Shown here: in pieces, positions 11,941 through 25,701 of the stretch
How the letters are laid out: each line of letters begins with the position of its first letter
How positions within the stretch are numbered: the stretch's first letter is position 1
Assembly (NCBI GenBank): GCA_002269645.1
Contig: NIVC01000025.1
Location: 434,001-498,000, forward strand
From: Macrostomum lignano
Taxonomy: Eukaryota
DNA length: 64,000 nt
Direction: 5' to 3'
Position numbers and translations under genes: made by a program
The notes under the pieces: model-generated
Databases searched by the model: none
What the model saw: only the letters and a program-made list of their open reading frames with translations
What the model was told of the DNA's origin: nothing

Positions 11941-12441
11941 CCATAGTGTGGATCATGCTAAGTGCACGCGAGAAACGACCCAAAGCTAATTCCCCAAAGC
12001 ACGCCGATGACAAGCGAATGCACGCCGATGCATACCGATAAATTAAAATTCAAATTGAAGACAAAAACGTATTTTAAATTGCATTGTGTAAAACAAAGCA
12101 ACAAACGATGTACAAAAGAAATGATATATCTTTAAAAATGTGTATTTCTCATACATTAATTTATTTAACAGTCTTATACATTGTTTATTTACAATAGTTT
12201 TTTTCAAAAGTTAAATACAATAATAAGTATTTTATGTCTGCTTACCATTGCATTGGCAGCTTTGCCATATCAGGTGCCAGGCATGCGGCACGCGGCGCAT
12301 GCCAGGCACACCAGTGTATTTATGTAGAGTGCATTATGCATGCCAAATGCATGCCACTTACCTAATTGCATGCCGGTGCACGCCACTTTTGAAAATGCAC
12401 GCGGGAAAATTCTCGCGTGCACTACATGATCTACACTATGG
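11941..12441. mobile_element. 501-bp MITE with about 30-bp TIRs and 8-bp TSD
   Basis: Left end CCATAGTGTGGATCATGCTAAGTGCACGCGAGAA; right end TTCTCGCGTGCACTACATGATCTACACTATGG. CTACTATG is duplicated at 11933-11940 and 12442-12449. Confidence 0.85.
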
Positions 12442-15400
12442 CTACTATGTAACTCTGTCATAGCACTTTTATCTTAAGCGTATCCCTTAAGGTGTATCCC
12501 CCCATAGGAAATTCTTGGCTATGCCCCTGACTGAGAGAACTTTTTATAAGAGTAAAATAGGAGTATAAAAGATAGAATAGACAGTGCTATAAGACTGCTC
12601 AGGCCAGTAAATAGATACATATACTACCAATAGATAAATATAAGCCCCTCTGCACTACTAGTAGATAAATATAAATATATTCATGCAATATCTATAAAAG
12701 TATAAACATTAGGCCTAGGAACTACTATAATAGCTTTAAGTTTGGTAACAGTTGTTGAACTATTCTAAGGCAGAAACAATCCACAACCCTTAGGGCCTAA
12801 GACAACTTTGATGATAGCAATAAGATCATTTCAGAGGATAGAACTTAGAACTTAGCCCTAGAATTGCTTGGTGTCAACAATTGGGATTTATACAGAGACC
12901 CAAGGGGTGCTAGAACAAGTGAAAGTACAGTGTTGTTTATCACATGAAAATCAATTTTAATGAAATGGTAGGCCTAGCAGTTTAAACAATTTTATTTTTA
13001 AATAAACAAATTTTATCTTAGGCTGAAAGACTAGGCCCCTATATGTTAAACTGACTTGAAAAATTATTTATAGTTGAAAAATGCATTTTTGGAATTTATG
13101 GTGTATCTGGACATGGAAGGATTGCCCAGATTTCTACTTCTACCTTTATATCTAGGTCCTAGGATCATCCAAGGAAAACAGTAGGGCCTATTACTAGGCC
13201 CTACTATTAATAGGCCTATAGAATTATATAAGGTTATAGGATAGGAATGTACGAATATATTACACTAGGTCTTCTATCCGATTTTCCTTCCGCTAGCCTA
13301 CTTTCAACCAATAATTTTTTAGTTGTTAAAATCATACTACTTGTTTTATACTTTAGTTGTATTGCCATGGTTCTAAACTCAGCTGTCTCAGCATTACAAA
13401 GCCAGCCTAAATATAAAACATTTCTGCGAGATATAAACTGTGTCATTAACTGTGACTCAACAAGCAAAGGCAGCTAAGCGGTGTAGGCGGTAACGTTTTG
13501 ATTTTTAAGGTGGGAGCGCCTCTAAAATTTTATAAACACCGGGGCCCGGCCGGCCGGCGGGTCGTTCGCAAATTCTAGGAGGAGCAAAAATTTTAACAAT
13601 TTTCCGAACATTTACTATTGTTACTGCCATATTGAAAATAATAGGACACTTTTATCTGTCAATAAAGATAATTTTTGGGTTGAACTTCATCATACAAAAG
13701 TGCTTTTAATCATCTGGCGGTATTAAGCGATAATTAGCGATGAAAAAATTCAAATTCAATCATTGTACCGATGTTATTAATTTTTGATACTACAATATGT
13801 CTGTAGCTAAAAAAAGTTGTTGTTGTGTTGAAACCTTGCTATATTACATTTAAAATGAAAGCTTATAAAAAATCTAATTTAAGAATTTTTTAAAGCTCAA
13901 TAAACTGCACTACAAATGATTTTATAGACGCTTAACTGTACGCCTAGCATTTCCGGTAGGATAGCCTCTTTGCGTCTCACAAAATGTATTTTTCGGCTGA
14001 CGTCTAAAATGCGTGCTTAAAATGATACATTTTGATGCAGATAATTAGAAAAACATGTCTTATTATCTTTTTGTAAAAAATTGTTATGAAATAGAGCACT
14101 ATTGTTGATAAAAATAATTAAAAGCAACCATGCATCGCAATAAACTCCTACTTTAAAGCACAAAATAAATATCCTGTAACCACACTAGCATTCTCCATGG
14201 AGCACCTTTTGAGCTGAAATTTTACAAAGATATCCAGTAAAGTAAACTGAGCAAATGATTTTTTTTGTTTTTGAAAATACTTCAATTTGGCTATGTATCA
14301 GTTAGTTCATTGGACATATTTATTATATTTTTATTAAAATCCTTGTAACCAAGCTACAGAGAAACATGTGCAAAACTGGACCTTGAAATTTGACCTGAAT
14401 GATCAGCAAATGTGTATCTCGAAATGATTTTTTTTGTTTTCATCAAGTCATTCTATGCTAATTTTTTCTGAAGGGAAAGATACCATATATTTAGAGTCAA
14501 TAGGGGAAGCATTTAAACTTATTCAATAGTCATTAAAATTGCAACTATATTATTATAATATAGTAATACTATTATACATGTATTATATAGTAATATTAAC
14601 TTCTAAGATGCCCTTATAAATTTAAGTAAAGACAACAGGCCTTAATTAATTAATCAGCATTTTGAAGAAACTGACCTTATACAGATGGGCCCCAAGCTAA
14701 GAAATGAATGTAGAGCTTATTTCGTGTAAGGTATAAAAATCAATTTATTATAATAATAAATACTCCTAATAAATTGGTTAAATTAGTTATTTACCTTGAA
14801 TTAATTTAATTTAATAATTAAATATATAAATTTGTTTCACTTCTTACTGCATTTAAATAGAGTACCTCTCTACTATACTATAGAAGTATAGTAAAAGTAT
14901 GGTAAAAAAGTATAGTAAAAATTTTCTTTGGTTTAATCCCAGCTTGCCTCAGTTTTTTAGTCTTAATACGAGCTAGATAGTAAGTGTTGATTAATTTGCT
15001 CCATCACCTTTTGCCACGGAAACAGCACATGTCGGACATGCAACACTCTTCCTGATCCCTGGATCCAAGATGACTGCTTCTGCTTCTTCAATGCTTGAAA
15101 ACTGAGCTCATGGAGCTTCAGGTTATGCTGTCAGAGTGCTGCTGCCGGTGCTGTGTGTGTATGTGTGTGTCTTCTGTGGGTAGGTTCCCTGTCCCTCAGT
15201 TTAGCCACTGTTGTGGGCTAACTGGAGGAATTGCCGTTGTCGGTGCTGCAGGTGGCACTACATGGTAGTATTGACGCTGTCAGTGACGCTGGCAAAGGCT
15301 TGGACGAAGCTAGGTGCCGTCATTGTCAGAAGGACATGCGTGTGCTGCTTAGACCAGTGCACACATTCGACTGGACTCGTATCTGGTGCAGTCTGGTGTA

Positions 15401-18079
15401 TTCACTGAGATTGTGTGGATCTGCCTCCTCGCATCACCTCAACCAGGCTCAATTTCTTTTGTAGAATTTTCGTGCGCTGCTTAACTGCATCTTGTGCCTG
15501 CTGAGTGATGCCAAGAATTGTGCCACACAATAATTTGGCCCATAAACTACTCGTATATTATACATATGTATGCACAGCACACACACACGCAGTTCATTCA
15601 TATTAAATGTACTAGTTAATGGAATTGTCATCTCATGAGCTCTAGTCTATGGACAAACCTGAAATTACTAGAATATCTAGATAGAACTAAACTTCTTTGA
15701 GCAGCGCGCTGCGCTGCGAGCAAAATACATTTAGATTCCTTATAGCGCAACTAATTACTGAAGTAAAAGTGTAGTACAGTCTACAGCCTGAAGTAGCCTG
15801 TGTAAGATGCGGAGGGATGATTTTTGCATAGGAAGCCACTAAGGTAAGGTTGATGGAACTATGGGGAGGTGAGAGATTCAAAGCGAGGGACGGAAGCCAT
15901 GCATAGGTCGATCATAAGTTTGATTATTGCAAGAGTCTGGGGATGCATTAACGAGAGGCGGACGAGAGCATAGAAATAAAGCGGGCTAAATATATTAATA
16001 CACAAAATTACATGTACTAGCTAGTAATTTCAGAATGGTCAGCGACTCCTCCGATTTGTATCCTCGACCGCGTGCCCACAAATCCCCCGGCAGACCCTGT
16101 CGCAGTTGGTGGTTGTGCACAGAATACAATGTTAATTTTCAAGCTTCTCTGCAAAAAATGCGTGATGCACTCAAGATGCGTGCTAAAGTCTACTTCTTTG
16201 ATTGATGGCTGGGTTTTGCCTTTTCGCTTGTGATCATCAAAAGCTTGGGCGTCATTGCTACTGGTGTTTCAGTGTGCGCATTATGTCTGGTTATCATATT
16301 ATGTGCATGTGCAGTGTCTTTTACCTACATTTTTGTTTGTCTCTGTTTCCTGCATGCTCTTTCGCATTTTTACACCTCGCACATCCTCATTTTTCTCAAT
16401 TAACAAGTGAAATCTTTTCTTAAAGACTAATTGCTATTTTAGTTAAGCTAGTAGGTTTTTGGTAATTAAATAATTCAATTTTGTCTATTTTCCAAAAAGT
16501 TTCAAAAAATGAATTAATTAAAATAAATTTGAATTATTTTAAGTTGGAGTAAAATGTCTAATAAGTAACTATAATTTTTTATTTTAAGTACATGTAGCTT
16601 TGGTATAAGTATTAATGTAATAAGTACTTAAAGTAAAATAAAGCAAGTTATAGTTTTCAGAAATTGCTACAAATAATCAAATATATACTAGAATCCGAAT
16701 TCCTTTTTTAAGGAACATGCAGTTGATATTAAATCCACAATGTGCTTTTTGGTGTTCAAGGATAGTTCCCTGACTTTTTCTATTATTAGTTAGATTTTAT
16801 TATATTTAATGTAAAAATGAACAATTCTATTTATTCACCGTAAAAATGAACATTCTTTATTTGTCGAATCATCTTGACTTTGAAAAGATACATAGTGAAA
16901 ACTTGATTTTTAATTCAACCTTTCAAGACTTATTTAGACTTCTTAATTCAGTGATTAGTTAAACTGATCGAAGTCCTTTCGAGTGCATGCTATAATAATT
17001 TCGCACTTTTTCGCACACGATAATTTTAAATGTCTGGGATTTAGAGCAGAGTAACAAAATGCTGTGCTCAAAAACATTTCCTTTGTCAATTTCTTGTTCT
17101 TTTATTTTTGCAAAAGAAATTTAACTGCATATTTAAAATAAAAATAGAAGAAAATTTTATTTTCTCTTTAATATTTTTGTCGTTTATTTTCCGCAACAAA
17201 GAATAACAAATAGCCTTGATTTCTTCTCAATTTCAAGTTTTCTTGTGGTTTTAGTAGCAGCTTCTTACAGAAATTGTCGAAATAATTTTTTTTGTACGAT
17301 TATTGGTCGATGTATAAACTTTTTTTGCAATAACAAAAAGTTGTGACCTAGCTTTGAGAACGACCCCGGCCTAGGTCCATTTAAAATTTTTTGAGTTGCC
17401 GCTTGCGTTACGTTCGCACGTTTCAAGCCGGAAATTTGGCGCAGTTGAACTCGTGGATTCCACAGGGCTACTCCATCTGCCAGGTCATCAATTCCGAGGG
17501 GATGCTAGATAGAATTGTACTCGAGCGGTTGTTGTTTAGCACAGTCGCTCAGTTCCTCAGACACCGAATTGAATGTACGTCCGATTTCTCGTATGCTTAC
17601 CAATGTAGCGTATTGTGCAGCTGCCGCAACCGGAATAAACGAATTACTGACCGTTAGTTTTCAGAGATTGCTTAGAATTGAGAATTGGAAGTTTTAAAGT
17701 TTTACTCCCCGTGGGCAAAAGTATTCAAGATAGTGCTAAGGCTTATTGATCGACGAAAAAATATAAGGACGACAAGTACATGTAAAGCAACATATATACA
17801 GGACGCGAAACTAACATTTCATGAGAAAAAGTTAAATATATTTATTCGTTTTATAGAAATATTTTGCTGGACACTACCGCTTTGCAATTAACTTATATTT
17901 ATATTCCTTGCAGATTCGAAGCGGCTATTATCGAATGTATACATGCATGCATTATTGTGCGCTGGCCATAGATATTTTGAACCGACTGCGCTGGGGAGTT
18001 GTAAGTGGTCGAAAACGACCTTCCCGACTTCTTAAGGTTAAATACATGTGTACGCACGATTTCCACGCAGGGAATTCTA

Positions 18080-19402
18080 CGAGGGGTGTTCAAAAAGTTC
18101 TGCAACCTACTCTTCTGTAGTTGTTTTGACTGCTCCAAATAAACTTAAATTCTACACACCGAAGGCTAATTTTGTTATTAACTTGTATGTGGAGTTTTAT
18201 TCTGATTCATGAATTATTTTTATTGTGGCTGAACTCCGGACAATTTCACAGTTGTCAGCTTCTGCATAGAGCCTTCAAAAGAGCGTCGATTTGCTTTTTA
18301 TCTATATGCGTATGCAGCTGGGCCAAGCCAAAGCGTTGTGGACATCCACACCAATTTTGCTTTATTTTTTCTGAATCTATACACCGTCTTTTGACACCGT
18401 TGCGCACTGTTTGCGCCACTTTTCTGATGGTCAGTTGAGCGTCCAAGACGAGACCCAGTCTGGATGACCTTGGAAATCCGTGACCGAGCTGTCAGTGGCC
18501 CGCACAAAAGCCATTGTGCCCAAGGATCGAAACGTGATGCTGAGATTCTTTGCCTACGAGCTCAGTGTTAGCTATGGTAGCGCTCACAACATCATGCATG
18601 AGCAGCTGGGCCACACCAAGACCTGCGCACGTTGGGTGCCGCATCTGCTCACAGCGGAACGGCAAGCTGAGTGGGTGCGCATTTGCTGACTGTGCATGGC
18701 TGCAGATGTTCGAACCCAATGATTTCAGAAGGTTGTCGGACGTCATGACAGATGACGAATGATGGATTTCCTTCATCACAACGAAGGACCTGCAGTCCAA
18801 CATTGGTCTGGTTGACCAAGATGATTCCAGATCTGAGGTCGTAAAGACCGGTTTCAGAAGCAGGAAGAGGATGTTCCACTTTTTCTTCAACTACCAGGGT
18901 GTTGTGGCAGTGGACATCCTTCCTGAGGGCAGCACACTGTGACTGCTAAGTATTACACCGAAACAGTGCTGCTGGTTGTGCTGCAAGGAGAGGCGGCAGC
19001 AGGCAAGAACTTGACATGGTGCCAGGCTGAAGCTGCTTCCCGACAATGCAGCACCACACATTGCTGCTGCAACTTAGGAATTTCCGGAGCAGCAAGGGAT
19101 TCAGCTGCAGCACCAAAACTCTACTGGTCAGACTTCGCCTCCCGCGACTTCTGGCTGTTTCCGAAGCTGAAGTCAGCATTTCTGGGAGGCCGTTTTCAAG
19201 ACCTGGCTCGAGCAGTCAAACATAACAGGAGAGGGTGCCACATCGGAGTACCTCAGATGCTTTCAGGTTGGCGGATACGGATGCAGCGATGCATAGAAGC
19301 TGAGGGCAAATACTTTGAAGGATTGCGGCACTAAATTTGTGCACAACATTATTCCAGGACATTTCAGCAAAGCCACTTGCAGAACTTTTTGAACACCCCT
19401 CG
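18080..19402 (+). mobile_element. Mariner (DD34D) element with inactivated transposase
   Basis: Perfect 26-bp TIR CGAGGGGTGTTCAAAAAGTTCTGCAA and TA TSD (18078-79, 19403-04), 1323 bp. Remnants WVPHLLT, DDE*W, FFFNYQGVVAVDILPEG, YWSDFASRDFWLFPKLK, with stops and frameshifts. Confidence 0.92.
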
Positions 19403-20344
19403 TACATGTAAAAGGCCCATCCGGTGGGGCAAACGGTGCCCCGCGAATGGCGAAAAGCAAAGGACTAAACGCACAACGGTAAAATTAAAGGGGCTCGGGT
19501 CCAGTGGAGAGGGCAAATCCCTACCGCGGGTAACCAAATATGACAAACATTTCGTCATCAACGGGGGTAGTAGATGGTTGTCCTTCAGCCGGACTAGTCG
19601 TCCCGGAGGAGGAAGCGCAGGGAGAAATCGTTGTGTTATTCACGCAAAAGTAATCATTTAAAAATAACGTGCTTTAGCCCCACTACCACAGTTTCCAGTT
19701 CATTCGTCTGCTTTAGTACGCTCGTAGACGAAACGCAGTTTTCTTCTAAAACTTTCGAAATGGGAGTGGGGTTGCAGAGTGGGGTGGCGAGCTGCTCAAG
19801 CCCAATAACCTTCTCTCCGCTAATACATGCAGGGGTCTTACATCATTTAAACAAACTACTCGTATTTTACTTAACATACACAAGCGCAATTATTAAAACC
19901 ATTGAAACAGAAACTTTTGAAAATTCGCTAAATATAAAAAGTATCAACAAATGGTTCTTTTATTATTAAAAAATTCTCGTCAGCAAGCTCTACAATGTGA
20001 CGATTGCAATCAATGTATGGCAGCATCGAATGTGTGATTCAGGCATAAGCCAAAAGAGAGCATTTGCTCACACTGTAAATTAATTGGGGAAAAAAAGGTA
20101 AGCACAAAGTAAAGTTGGTCACCTTATCATTTTCCGATCTCTTTTTAAGCAAAGCGCCAATAAAGGCATATAATTGTGTGTACATGTATGCCACTTGAAA
20201 TGAAATACATGACACCAAACTTGGTAGGTGCCGACAGCCGCTGCCAATCTACCAGTTGTCCACGCCGGTGCTGCCGCCGATGGAAATTCCGATGGACTGC
20301 AGGATCTGACGCGCCTCTCGTTGAAGTGCAGCTATAGAGTCGCA

Positions 20345-20540
20345 GCACGAACAAGAGAGTAGACAGAAGAGCAGAGAGACGAGATACGAGAGAGGGAGAG
20401 AGCAGAGGAGAGATGAGAAGAGAGTAGACAGAGAAGAGGTGAAGAGGGAGAACAGAGAAGAAACGAGAGAGGGGAAAGAGAAAGTGGAGAGATGAAGAAA
20501 GATGAGAAATGAGAGCAGGAATGAGAGAGACAAGAGAGAA
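20345..20540. repeat. Degenerate (GA)-rich simple repeat
   Basis: Purine-only tract of GAGA/GAAGA variants. Confidence 0.8.
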
Positions 20541-21177
20541 TAGATGTTAAATCGGATGATCCTTAAGAACAGAAAAATACTACGAGCTAAACAAAGAAAA
20601 TCAGTTGTTTAGAATTTCGCCTTCAACACTTCTGTGGTCTCGCGCAGGCAAACAAAATACACTCACTAAAAAATCACGCCCATTAAATAACTCTTTAACG
20701 TGGGGGGGGGGTTAAGCAGATAGAGGGTATGGCTCATGTACATAACAATTAAACAAGAGCAACCCCTAAATTATGACGAAAAATGAAACTTCATAACAGT
20801 AGAGTGGAGCGAGGAGATAGAGGAGAGAAACATGGAGATAAGCGGTCAAAAACAAACTTATCGCATGCTTTCAATAGATACTGGGATTTAAATTTGGAAC
20901 TTTTAGCAATTACGAATTCTCACCAGCTAATTCTGGAAATCAACGGATAATAATATTTGCAGAAAGATTGAGCACCCTTGAGCAACGTATTTTTCGACAT
21001 TGTCAGCCAGCGCTTGGGGAAATTCTCTTCATTCGATCCGCTAACCCCTGAGCTACAAGCGAGCGCGGATACTCATACGCATAATCAAACTTTCTAATCA
21101 GAAAGCATGTCCACTCTCTGTAACTTGTAGGTGGCCCAAGGCTGACTTAATGAATTGTTATTCTCATGTTTATTATT

Positions 21178-21345
21178 TATTATTTGCAGTGTTAAATTAT
21201 TTGCAATGTTAAATTATTTGCAGTGTTAAATTATTTGCAGTGTTAAATTATTTGCAGTGTTAAATTATTTGCAGTGTGTTAAATTATTTGCAGTGTTAAA
21301 TTATTTGCAGTGTTAAGTTATTTGCAGTGTTAAATTATTTGCACC
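21178..21345. repeat. 17-bp tandem repeat (TTATTTGCAGTGTTAAA)n, about 10 copies
   Basis: Visible units directly abutting the LINE 5' end. Confidence 0.9.
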
Positions 21346-21349
21346 CTGG

Positions 21350-24300
21350 TGCAAATAAATGCCGCTGCCTCCTGGTGACGCTGGAGCCCCCAGCGCTTGC
21401 ATCGGCCAACACAGAGAGCCGCACTCTGGTGCTGCGGCTGCTAAGTGCGGCAGGACAGGAGGACGACGTGGACAGCGAAGCGCCCGACGTCGCATTGAGC
21501 GGCGAAGGGAACGCAACCGGCGAGGACGAACGAAAAGCCGCCTTCGCCAGTCTGCTGGCAACTCTGACCCGCCGACCCCACCCAGTCGGCTCCGCCGGGT
21601 GGCGCCGAGGACCGCGAGGCCCACCAACACCGGGCCCCAGCCTTTACAAACAGCGCTCTAAGACTAGCCACCTTTTTAACTGCCGAACAGTGAAGTCCGC
21701 CTGGAGAAGGGGAATGCTCGCACTGCTGGCATCTGACCTGCGGCTAGACCTCATGCTGCAGGAGTTGTCAATCACTGCTGAGTCTGGACTTCACCGTGAA
21801 GACCTGGGGGCCGGCTGGACGCTGCACTACACGTCAGCGGACAGCAGAGGCCGCGGAGTAGTCGGTGCGCTCGTCGGACCGAGGCTACGCGAGAGCGTCT
21901 GCTGCGTCAGCTTGTCAGCCCGACTGCTACGCGTGGACGTAAGGTTGCGCCGCTGCAATTCGCGGCTGTTCTGTGCGTACGCTCCCACGGCTGCCCATCA
22001 GCAGGAGGCACAGGAGTTCTTCTAGCTCCTGTCCGAGCAGCTCGAGTTGGTGGCGCACCGCGACACTGTGGTGGTGCTTGGTGACCTCAACGCCGTGGCA
22101 CCGCGGTCCGAGCGCTGCCGGTTTGTGTCGCCACGCCAGAACGCCAACACCGCCGCGCTAGCGGACCTGATGGCGAGGCTCGACCTGGTGTCGGCCAACA
22201 CGCGCTTCCGCAAACCACCCAACCGGCTGGCAACATTTGCCGGCTGCAAGCGAAGGAAACAGAATGCGCGAGGCCGACTCGCCACGACCCGCCTGGCGCA
22301 GCTTGACCACGTGCTGGTTCGACACCGCGAACGCAGTCGGCTGCAGAACTGTGACACAGTAGAACCCCTGGCCGGTCCGACCATCGCCTTCTCTACTGCG
22401 ACCTGAGGCTCTCTGACCCGCTGTACAGGCCACCAAAACGCCCTAGGAGACGATTTTTCCGCGCCTTGCAAGACCCCGGTACCCGCAGCAACTTTGCGCA
22501 CACCTTCGCGACTGCCCTGGGATCCGCGCAGGCACCAGACTACGCCACCATCAGCTCAGCCATCACCACTGCCGCTGCTAAAACTCTGCCGCTTATGGAG
22601 CCCGCGTCACGGCAACTTCCGGTTTGGGCGAGCGACCCGGAGGTCCGAGAGGCCCGCCGCACAGTCGAGCAGCTGCGACGAGCCAGGCGACCGACATCCG
22701 ATGCCGAGAAAGCCCTGGCAGACGCCTACGCTAGTCGACAGCAAGCCGCTGTTGACGACTCAATCAGGGCAGTCGCCTCCGTCGGGCCTGAACGGCAGAA
22801 CAGGGTCGTCTGGCCGGTCGTGAACGCCCTAACCGGTCGCAAAAAGAAGGCGGCACTCAACCTGGCTGGCGACACGGCCGAAGAGCGCAGAAACGAGCTG
22901 CGCACCTTCTTCGCCGCCATTGTCAACGCGCCGCCGCCGACTCTGCCGAACGAGATGCCGCTGCCCCCGAGGTGGCGCTGCCGCGGCAGGAGGACTTTGA
23001 CACCCGTCCTGTGACCAGCACCAACATCGTGGAATTCGCCCGCAGGGCTCCGGGAGGCCGCGCCCCCAGCCTGGATGAGGTCCCCATTGAGGCGCTGCGA
23101 GTTACAAGTTTTGCCACTGAGGTGGCCCGCGTGATGAATGGTGTCCTGGCAGGAGGCCCCGCGACCTGCGAATGGACCCAGGCCAACATCGTCGGCATCC
23201 TGAAGAAGCCGGGCACTACACGGAAGGAGGAGCATTGTGGAATCTCGCTCATGTCCTGTACCGCAAAGCTGTTCAACTGGGTGCTATTAGCATGGTTACA
23301 GCCCATGCTGGACTTGTTCTTGCGGTACGAGCAGAATTGGTTCCACCCCTGTCGCGGTACGGTGACGCAGATCCTGGCCCTCTGCCGCATCATCGAGGAG
23401 GCACGCATCCACCAGTCAAGCCTTATTGTCATCTTTGTTGACTTCCTCAAGGCCTTCAACTTGGTGGCACACGGCGCGCTGCCTCACGTGCTCCGTGCCT
23501 ACACTATGCTGCAGCAGCTGATCTCTACCATCATGGCGCTGTATCAGGACACCACCGCCGCGGTAGCAACGCTAGATGGACTGTCGGACCTGTTTAGCAC
23601 GACGTCCGGAGTGCTACAGGGTGACACTCTGGTGCCCTTTCTCTTCGTGCTGGTGATGGACTGGGTGCTCAGGACCAGCCTGCCGACATCAGAGGACGGC
23701 TTTCTGCTGCAAAGGCGCACCAGTAGACGGCACCCGGAGAAGAAACTGTCTGTCCTTGGCTACGCGGACGACCTCGCCCTGCTGTCTTCGACGGCCGAAG
23801 GCGCCCAACGGCTGCTGGACGGCTTGACTGCGGCGGCGGCGAGGGTCGGTCTCGTCATCAACGCCAGGAAGACCGAGGTGCTGACGGTGCCGCATGATCT
23901 ACCCGCCGAGATTGGACTTCGAGACGGCGACGTCCCCGGGACGGCGCTCCTGAAGTGCCTTCAGTTCGTCTACCTCGGCGGACTGGTGCCGGACGTTGGC
24001 GACGACCTAGCGAGACGGCGCGGCAAGGCCTGAACTGCCTTAAGATCTGTGCGGGCGGTGCTGCTCTCCGAGGCTCTGTCCGACGGCGCCAGGTCCCAGC
24101 TGTTCCAGGCGGTTGTTGAGACCGCCCTGCTGTACAATGCTGAGACCTGGGCGCTGACCGGGGCGCTTGAGGCGCAGCTCGACGCGGCGCATGCGGCCCT
24201 AGTCCGCGCCGCTTTCGGCGCCCACCGCGGCCCTGGTAGCGAGACAACCGAGTCCCTGTACAAGCGCACAGGCCTGACGCGGCCTTCTGCCCTGCTGAGT

Positions 24301-24560
24301 CAGCGGCGCCTGCGGCTGGCCGGGCATGTCATCCTGGCCGAAGCCTACTGCCCAGAGCCGCTGCAGGACGTCCTGCTGTGGACCCCGCAGGGACCGTGCA
24401 GGCGTGACCAGGGACGATCAGCCCGCTACGTCGACCGCCTTTTTGAAGATGCGCGAGCACCCAGCCAGGCGGCCGGTGTGAAGCACATTAGAGACCTAGC
24501 TCTGAAACGCGCGATTTGACGCTCCCCCCTTTTGGCCACTTCTGTGGCTGGCGTGGGGCG
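21350..24560 (+). mobile_element. RTE-clade non-LTR retrotransposon (APE + RT), near full length but frameshifted
   Basis: APE motifs FNCRTV, LQE, CAYAPT, VLGDLNA, LDHVLV. RT motifs GISLMSCTAKLF, FVDFLKAF, GVLQGDTL.PFLF, GYADDL, GLVINARKT. Split over several frames, with TGA at 24031. Confidence 0.9.
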
Positions 24561-25262
24561 TAACTATTATTTTTTTTATCCTTATGTTGGGACCCCCGTA
24601 GCTGTAAATCGCATGGCAACTCCCTGGCGAATTTTCATTATTTTTTATTCATTACTATGAGAGTCTTGGTAGTAAGAAACACACCACTCACACCAGCTTT
24701 CAGTTCTGCAGGAGCAGACTGTGCTGGGGCAAGACATGGTGGAAAGGCGGGAAGTCGCACCCAACCCAGGGCCAGACCTCCTGGCACCGAACAAGTACGT
24801 GAGGCTCTGCTGAGCCAGACCGTGCTAACAGCAGAACAAAATGGCAAGAAGAGCCATCGAGATCGCCACCCCGTAGGAGTCATCGTGAGCTGCTCTCTCC
24901 GCTTCTTTAGGGTGCGACGCGGGTTTGGGATAGTAGCAAACTTTTGTTCTGGGAACGGACCAGTCAGGTAGGGGGACCGGGGGTGTCTCGGCAGCTGTTG
25001 ATGCATTCCAGCTGTTTTTGCACAGCCGCCTTTATACGCACAGACACAGCACTGAATTTCATCCACTCTCTCACTCTACATTTCACTTTCACCCTTCCGT
25101 GTCGATTGTTCACCCCTTGTATGCACTCCACCCCTTTAATAGCCTAAAGCAAATGCAGAGAGCCAGTCGAATATTAGCCAAGGCTGCTGCAACAATCTGC
25201 ATCATACATTTATTTACTGAGGTCACAAAGCCTCTCAGATCAAACTCAGCTGCTCATTTGAG

Positions 25263-25701
25263 TAGACGGCACCGAACTGAGTGGGAATGGGGCCCTGCAA
25301 GCCGAATGGCGCGAACTGCACAGCCTGTTGGATGAAGAGCGGACGATTGGTGATTTTTTCCTGATGTTTATGCACCTGCGCAAGGTTCTGCACACGAATA
25401 CCAGTTTGCCGGAGGCTCCATCTTTGGACACTCAACCCAGCACGGTGGCACCGAAGTCCTGGTTTTGCATTCCATGTTCAGGTATCACCTTCAGTCCGGT
25501 GACTTTCCGCCTCCCGTCAGGACTCTCCGTGGCGACCTCAGTGATTTTGAGGTCTAGTTCGAGCTCGTACTTCTCGTAGAAGCTGCTGTACAAAATTACA
25601 GGCGGCTTCTTCAAGAAGTTCACCTGAAACTCTGCGGCAAAGGCGTACGGAACGAGCGACACGCAGAGAACAAGGAAGAGCAGCACGCAGCGGTGTTGCA
25701 T
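25263..25701 (-). pseudogene. FReD paralogue 1: exon-1 remnant with the fibrinogen domain deleted
   Basis: Closely similar to 34675-35114. Premature TGA at 25434-25432 (CGT in the intact copy) and a 1-nt shorter A-run. Joined at 25263 directly to sequence matching the region downstream of the intact gene (32952-33242). Confidence 0.85.

Noticed and set aside
14985-15100. BED-finger-like KQSSWI...ACPTC...GDG on the minus strand
   Set aside because: It needs a frameshift, lacks the His pair and has no downstream hAT motifs; too weak to call.
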